Source of the DNA: Anthoceros angustus
Taxonomy: Eukaryota; Plantae; Anthocerotophyta
Length of the DNA: 64,000 nt
Reading direction: 5' to 3'
Assembly: GCA_010909165.1 (NCBI GenBank)
Contig: VJWM01000182.1
Coordinates: forward strand, 186,001-250,000
Below are positions 59,901 through 64,000 of this stretch, one piece after another. The translations under genes and the position numbers were made by a program. Within the stretch, counting starts at the first letter, position 1; each line of letters starts with the position of its first letter. The notes beneath the pieces were generated by a model. The model had not been told where the DNA came from, did not search any database, and saw only the letters and a program-made list of their open reading frames with translations.

Positions 59901-61471
59901 CCGAGGAGAAGCAGGATGCAGATGCTATGACTAATGACAGGGAGGAAGCTTCTGTGATGCCAAGGGTAGACAATGACAAGCGAAAGGCCAATCGCGGTAG
60001 TAGGAAACGATGGGAACCAGTGGCATCTTTGGTTTCAGATACGGTGGCAGATGTTGCCCCTGAGAAGACTGCCCAAGCAACCTCACCACAACGCATATCA
60101 GAAGCCAGCGCCGGCGGAGCTCCGTCCACTGTTCAGACAGCGGAAGCTGTGGTAGGTGGAGGGGAATCTACGGCAGGTGCAGGGGAAGTTGTGGCAGGTG
60201 CAGGGGGAGTTGCGGCAGTTGCAGAAGGAGCTGGGCCAGTTGCATGGGGAGCTGTGGCAGTTGCAGGGACAGCGGAAGCTTCAGCAGCTGAAGGGACAGC
60301 GGAAGCCCCAGAGCCAACGGATGATGTGGACAAGGTACGTAATGCTGTGGGTGAAGCTTCACGTCCCGTTACAAGCTCCGTGAAGCCGGGGCAGGAGCCT
60401 GTGAAAGCCGATGCAGGAGTCATTCACAAGCAGGGTCCCACGGGGAAAGTTATAGTCCTGACAAAACGAGCTCAAAGGTCTTCTGATGGAGATTCAATGC
60501 CTTCAGAGCCGGCTGGTCTGTCTTCCAGTTTGTCAGATTCAACACGTTCCCAAGGCCGCGGGGCCTCGCAAAACCGCGGTTCTTCTCGAAGCCGAGGTGA
60601 TTCCCAGAAACGAGGCGGATCCCAGCACAGAGGGGGTTCCCAGAACCGTGGAAGTTCACAGAACCGGGGTGGTGGAAAATCTGGGAACCATGAGGATGGT
60701 TACCGTAGACATGGAAGATCCTCGAAGAGGAAAGGGCAGCGACAGCAGCAGCAGCAGCAGCAGCAGCAGCTAGGTTCAGAAGGCCCAAGACATGTCGAGG
60801 ATCAGTTCTGCCATCAGGGCCACATTGGTAACGCTGGTCACAATGAGCTGCCGGAAGCTGAGATGTTTTTGAGACCACAGGTTGCTCCTCCTTATGGTTA
60901 CTCTAAAGGTGAGGCTCACGCTGCTGCTGTTGCTGTTGCCACTGCCGCGGCTAGAAATAGTTTGCCACCAGACCCGGGTTACGCTTTTTTCACGCCTTCG
61001 ATTTATTCTGTGCACCCTAGTATGGGTTTGCAGGAGCTCCAGCTTGCTGCGGGGCATCCAGCATCCAGAGTTATATCGCCAAGCTCAGGTATACTTGGGC
61101 CGGGGCCAGGGCCACCTGCATTTGCACGGTTGCATGCCCCAAGGACGAATAGGGAGCATGGAATTGCAGATCAGCAAACCTGGCCGTCACACACCTTGCC
61201 ACATGACAGGAGACTTGCAGGAGTCCGCACTGTAAGTCGATTTCATAGGGATGAATGGTGTGGTCCACAGGATAGTTTCACCAGCAGGGCAGCGCCAAGA
61301 GCAATTACTGCAGTTCCCAAGTTTGACAGTAGAAACTCCTCCCTTTTAGGTTCGGTTGATGGCTATGCGATTCCCTCTCACAGCAATGTAGTGGCCATGG
61401 AAGCCTTACGCTCCCAGGGTCCAGCAGATAAGTGGGTGGAAGCAAATTCGGAGGTTCCTTCGACTCTGTGA
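56942..61471 (+). CDS. mRNA cap guanine-N7 methyltransferase 2-like protein with a ~840-aa low-complexity C-terminal extension
   Basis: VCDLFCGRG, GHYIGVD, NVATLLKPGGMFFGITPDSSTIW, KYQLRF, LVHFPSLI and LYSTFIFKK. The last exon continues in frame as ORF 58949..61471. Confidence 0.88.
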
Positions 61472-62633
61472 TGGCTTGTTGAATAGGCTCGGGCATGTAT
61501 GATGTAGAGACAAGCAGAACCTTGTGGTCACCATCGTGCCGTCATGTTCTCGCCTAGATTAGCACGACGGTCTCTCACAGGGTTTTATGTACACGTGTGT
61601 CGGGGCGTTTATGCATTCTGTCTACAGTATTGAACACTGTTTTCCTGCTTCCAGGGTTATCCGGGACAAGTAGTGATGCAAGTATCAAGGTATGTTGTTT
61701 TCTAAGTGGCATTCCCCCGAGGGGCTAATGAGTGTGAGAAGTGTGATGATTCATGTGCTAGGATGTAGTGCCTTTCCAACTGTGGTGAATGCTGTGCTCG
61801 CTACTGCCGCAATACTGACCAGATGCTCTCCATGTTTTGTCCAAGGAAGACATCAAGATCGATGCCGAGCCAGTGTAGGAGGCACAATCCACATGAGGCT
61901 TTCACACAGCTTGCCACGTAGTAAGTAGTGTATGCCCCTTGTCGTAGCTGGACTTCAGATTGTTGTCGCTTTCATTTCGCTCCTTAAGCATCTAGCCTGA
62001 GGTGACAGGTGCTGTGTGTGAGCTCTCAGGCAGCTTTCTCCACGATGAAAACCTTCCAAACTCTGGACGGCTGCTGTCTCTTCACGAATGTGGTCAGGAG
62101 TAGGTGGTACATATGAATCATACCTTCTGTACCCATGAAGCATCTGTTTCTACCTGCCTATCTTTGTCTGTATTCAAAGGCCCGAAGCATGCCGCGGCCT
62201 GCCTTACCAGCATGCGGGTGGCGCCTTGTAACATGATTCCTATGTACAGGGGACTTTTATATTTCACACGTATGGACATCCCTCTGTCCTTAGTTTCGGA
62301 CCCAACATGTGCGTGCCAAGTCGCAGTTGCCGACGCGACGTGATGCGATGATTCGGATAGCATCCGGCTTGCATGTCGGGCACGAATCTTTCTTACTGTG
62401 TCTTTGCGTCTGCTATAGGCTCGCTATTTTCTGTATGTGCACATCCAGTATTGTCGATGTACCAGGCAGGACAGCAAGCTGGGCTGGTCTGCCTATCTTC
62501 AAGATAGCACTAGGCAGCCGAGGATCAACGCTGTGCAGAGCGTGACAGCATCGGCAAGGCGAGTGGCAATTTAGCGTTGCGCAGCCTCTGTCTGAAGCTC
62601 CAAAACCTGCCACCATCACACAGCAGGGCCGGC

Positions 62634-64000
62634 ATGGGGCGAGGCGCTTCAGGTGCTGCTGTGGAACTGGAGCCCGCACCTGTGAAAGTGAAGTACACGC
62701 AGCTCTTCATTGACGGAAAGTGGCAGGATGCGGTCTCAGGTGCGGTCCTCGAGCTCCTTGTGCAGCTTGCAGCGAGTGGCGATGGCGGCGGCAGGGGCTC
62801 ATTTGCAATGTTTCTCCTTTCAGGCAAGAAATTTGAGACCATCGACCCGCGCTCAGGACAAGTCATCGCTGAGATAGCCGAGGGGGATAAGCAGGACATT
62901 GACATCGCTGTGCAGGCGGCCAGGAAGGCCTTCGATCACGGCCCCTGGCCCCGCCTCTCTGGTTATGTCTGTACAATCTTGCCAGCCAGCCTTAAAGTTC
63001 TTGGAATTTGCTGCGTTACGTCGGCGCATCGTCTCTTTGGACCTCGTTCTACCTGACCGGATCTGCACGTGTGCAGCAAAGGGGACGGATTCTCAACAAG
63101 CTAGCCGATCTCATAGAACAGAATGCAAAGGAAATTGCGGCGCTTGAGACTCTCGATAACGGGAAGCCTTATGCAACCCAAGCGCTTGGGGATGTGGCCT
63201 CGGCTGTCAAGATCTTCCGCTACTACGCAGGTGCAGTACTTTGAGGCACGCTTCTTGAACTCGGTGTTGGCTTTGAATGACTTTCGTTTTGTGCTGCTTA
63301 CGAATTGCCAGCTATCGCTCTGCAGGTTGGGCGGATAAGATCAGTGGCCTGACTCTCCGTGCTGATGGCCCTTACCATGCGTACAGTCTACATGAACCGA
63401 TTGGAGTAGTGGGTGCGATCGTTCCTTGGAATTTCCCTGTGGCTCTTTTGGCTACCAAGGCTGCCCCTGCGCTTACTGTAGGCAACACTCTGGTGTTAAA
63501 ACCAGCGGAACTGACTCCGCTAACAGCTTTGTATGTGGCTAGTCTCGCATCTGAGGTGAGTGCGTACATTCGCTGTGGAGGAATTCCACCATTATCTTTC
63601 CTTCCACACGGTCTTCCTTCACAACTTCTGTTCGTCGCGTGCAGGCTGGCTTGCCCGCAGGTGCCTTCAATGTGGTGCCCGGATATGGTCCGACAGCTGG
63701 TGCGGCAATCGCCAGTCATCTCGACGTTGATAAGGTGGGTAGCGCCGACCAACCTGCCCTGGATGGATACACACGTGATTGTGACTTCACTGTTTGTTGA
63801 TTCTCCTGACGTCGTGTATTGTCAGGTCTCGTTTACTGGATCTACGGTAGTGGGAAGGTCTATAATGGAGGCTGCAGCTAAGAGCAATCTGAAGCCGGTG
63901 ACCCTGGAGCTCGGAGGGAAATCACCCTTGATTGTCCTCGACGATGCTGACCTTGATGCTGCAATTGAGATAGCGCATAATGCTCTCTTTTATAATCAGG
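62634..64000 (+). CDS. ALDH2: Aldehyde dehydrogenase family 2, copy B (runs off the window)
   Basis: [60 protein letters not shown] and LELGGKSP. Confidence 0.93.

Noticed and set aside
61700-62300. Possible small minus-strand gene between the cap methyltransferase and ALDH2 copy B
   Set aside because: Short ORFs with plausible splice sites, but no recognisable product and an ambiguous exon chain.

Overview
Eukaryotic, intron-containing plant-type DNA. It has no bacterial features and no CRISPR array. The host is inferred to be a flagellated streptophyte, either a bryophyte-like land plant such as a hornwort or a charophyte alga. This rests on ~90-100 bp introns, dense gene packing, an LRR receptor kinase and a dynein-2 WDR60 gene. 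The left half (1-~28.6 kb) is a nest of retroelements, all on the minus strand. (i) A decayed Ty3/Gypsy element encodes Gag, then a complete DNMT3-like C5 cytosine methyltransferase domain, then RT, RNase H, integrase and a PHD finger. This is the standout system. (ii) An orphan ~230-aa ORF. (iii) A Ty1/Copia element (8563-26518, short LTRs, GGTAG target-site duplication) whose middle is replaced by a 5'-truncated non-chromovirus Gypsy. This block contains many indel-rich tandem duplications that may be assembly artefacts. (iv) A 58-nt 25S/28S rRNA fragment lying downstream of an R2/NeSL-like restriction-like-endonuclease retroelement remnant. The right half is gene-dense: DOMON-cytochrome b561, LRR-RLK, a small Spo12-motif protein, WDR60, NUP88, PDCD5, two ALDH2 paralogues and an mRNA cap N7-methyltransferase with a ~840-aa disordered tail. 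CRE-type retroelement remnants lie between these genes. All domain calls come from manual translation and motif recognition; no database search was run, and boundaries marked ~ are approximate.
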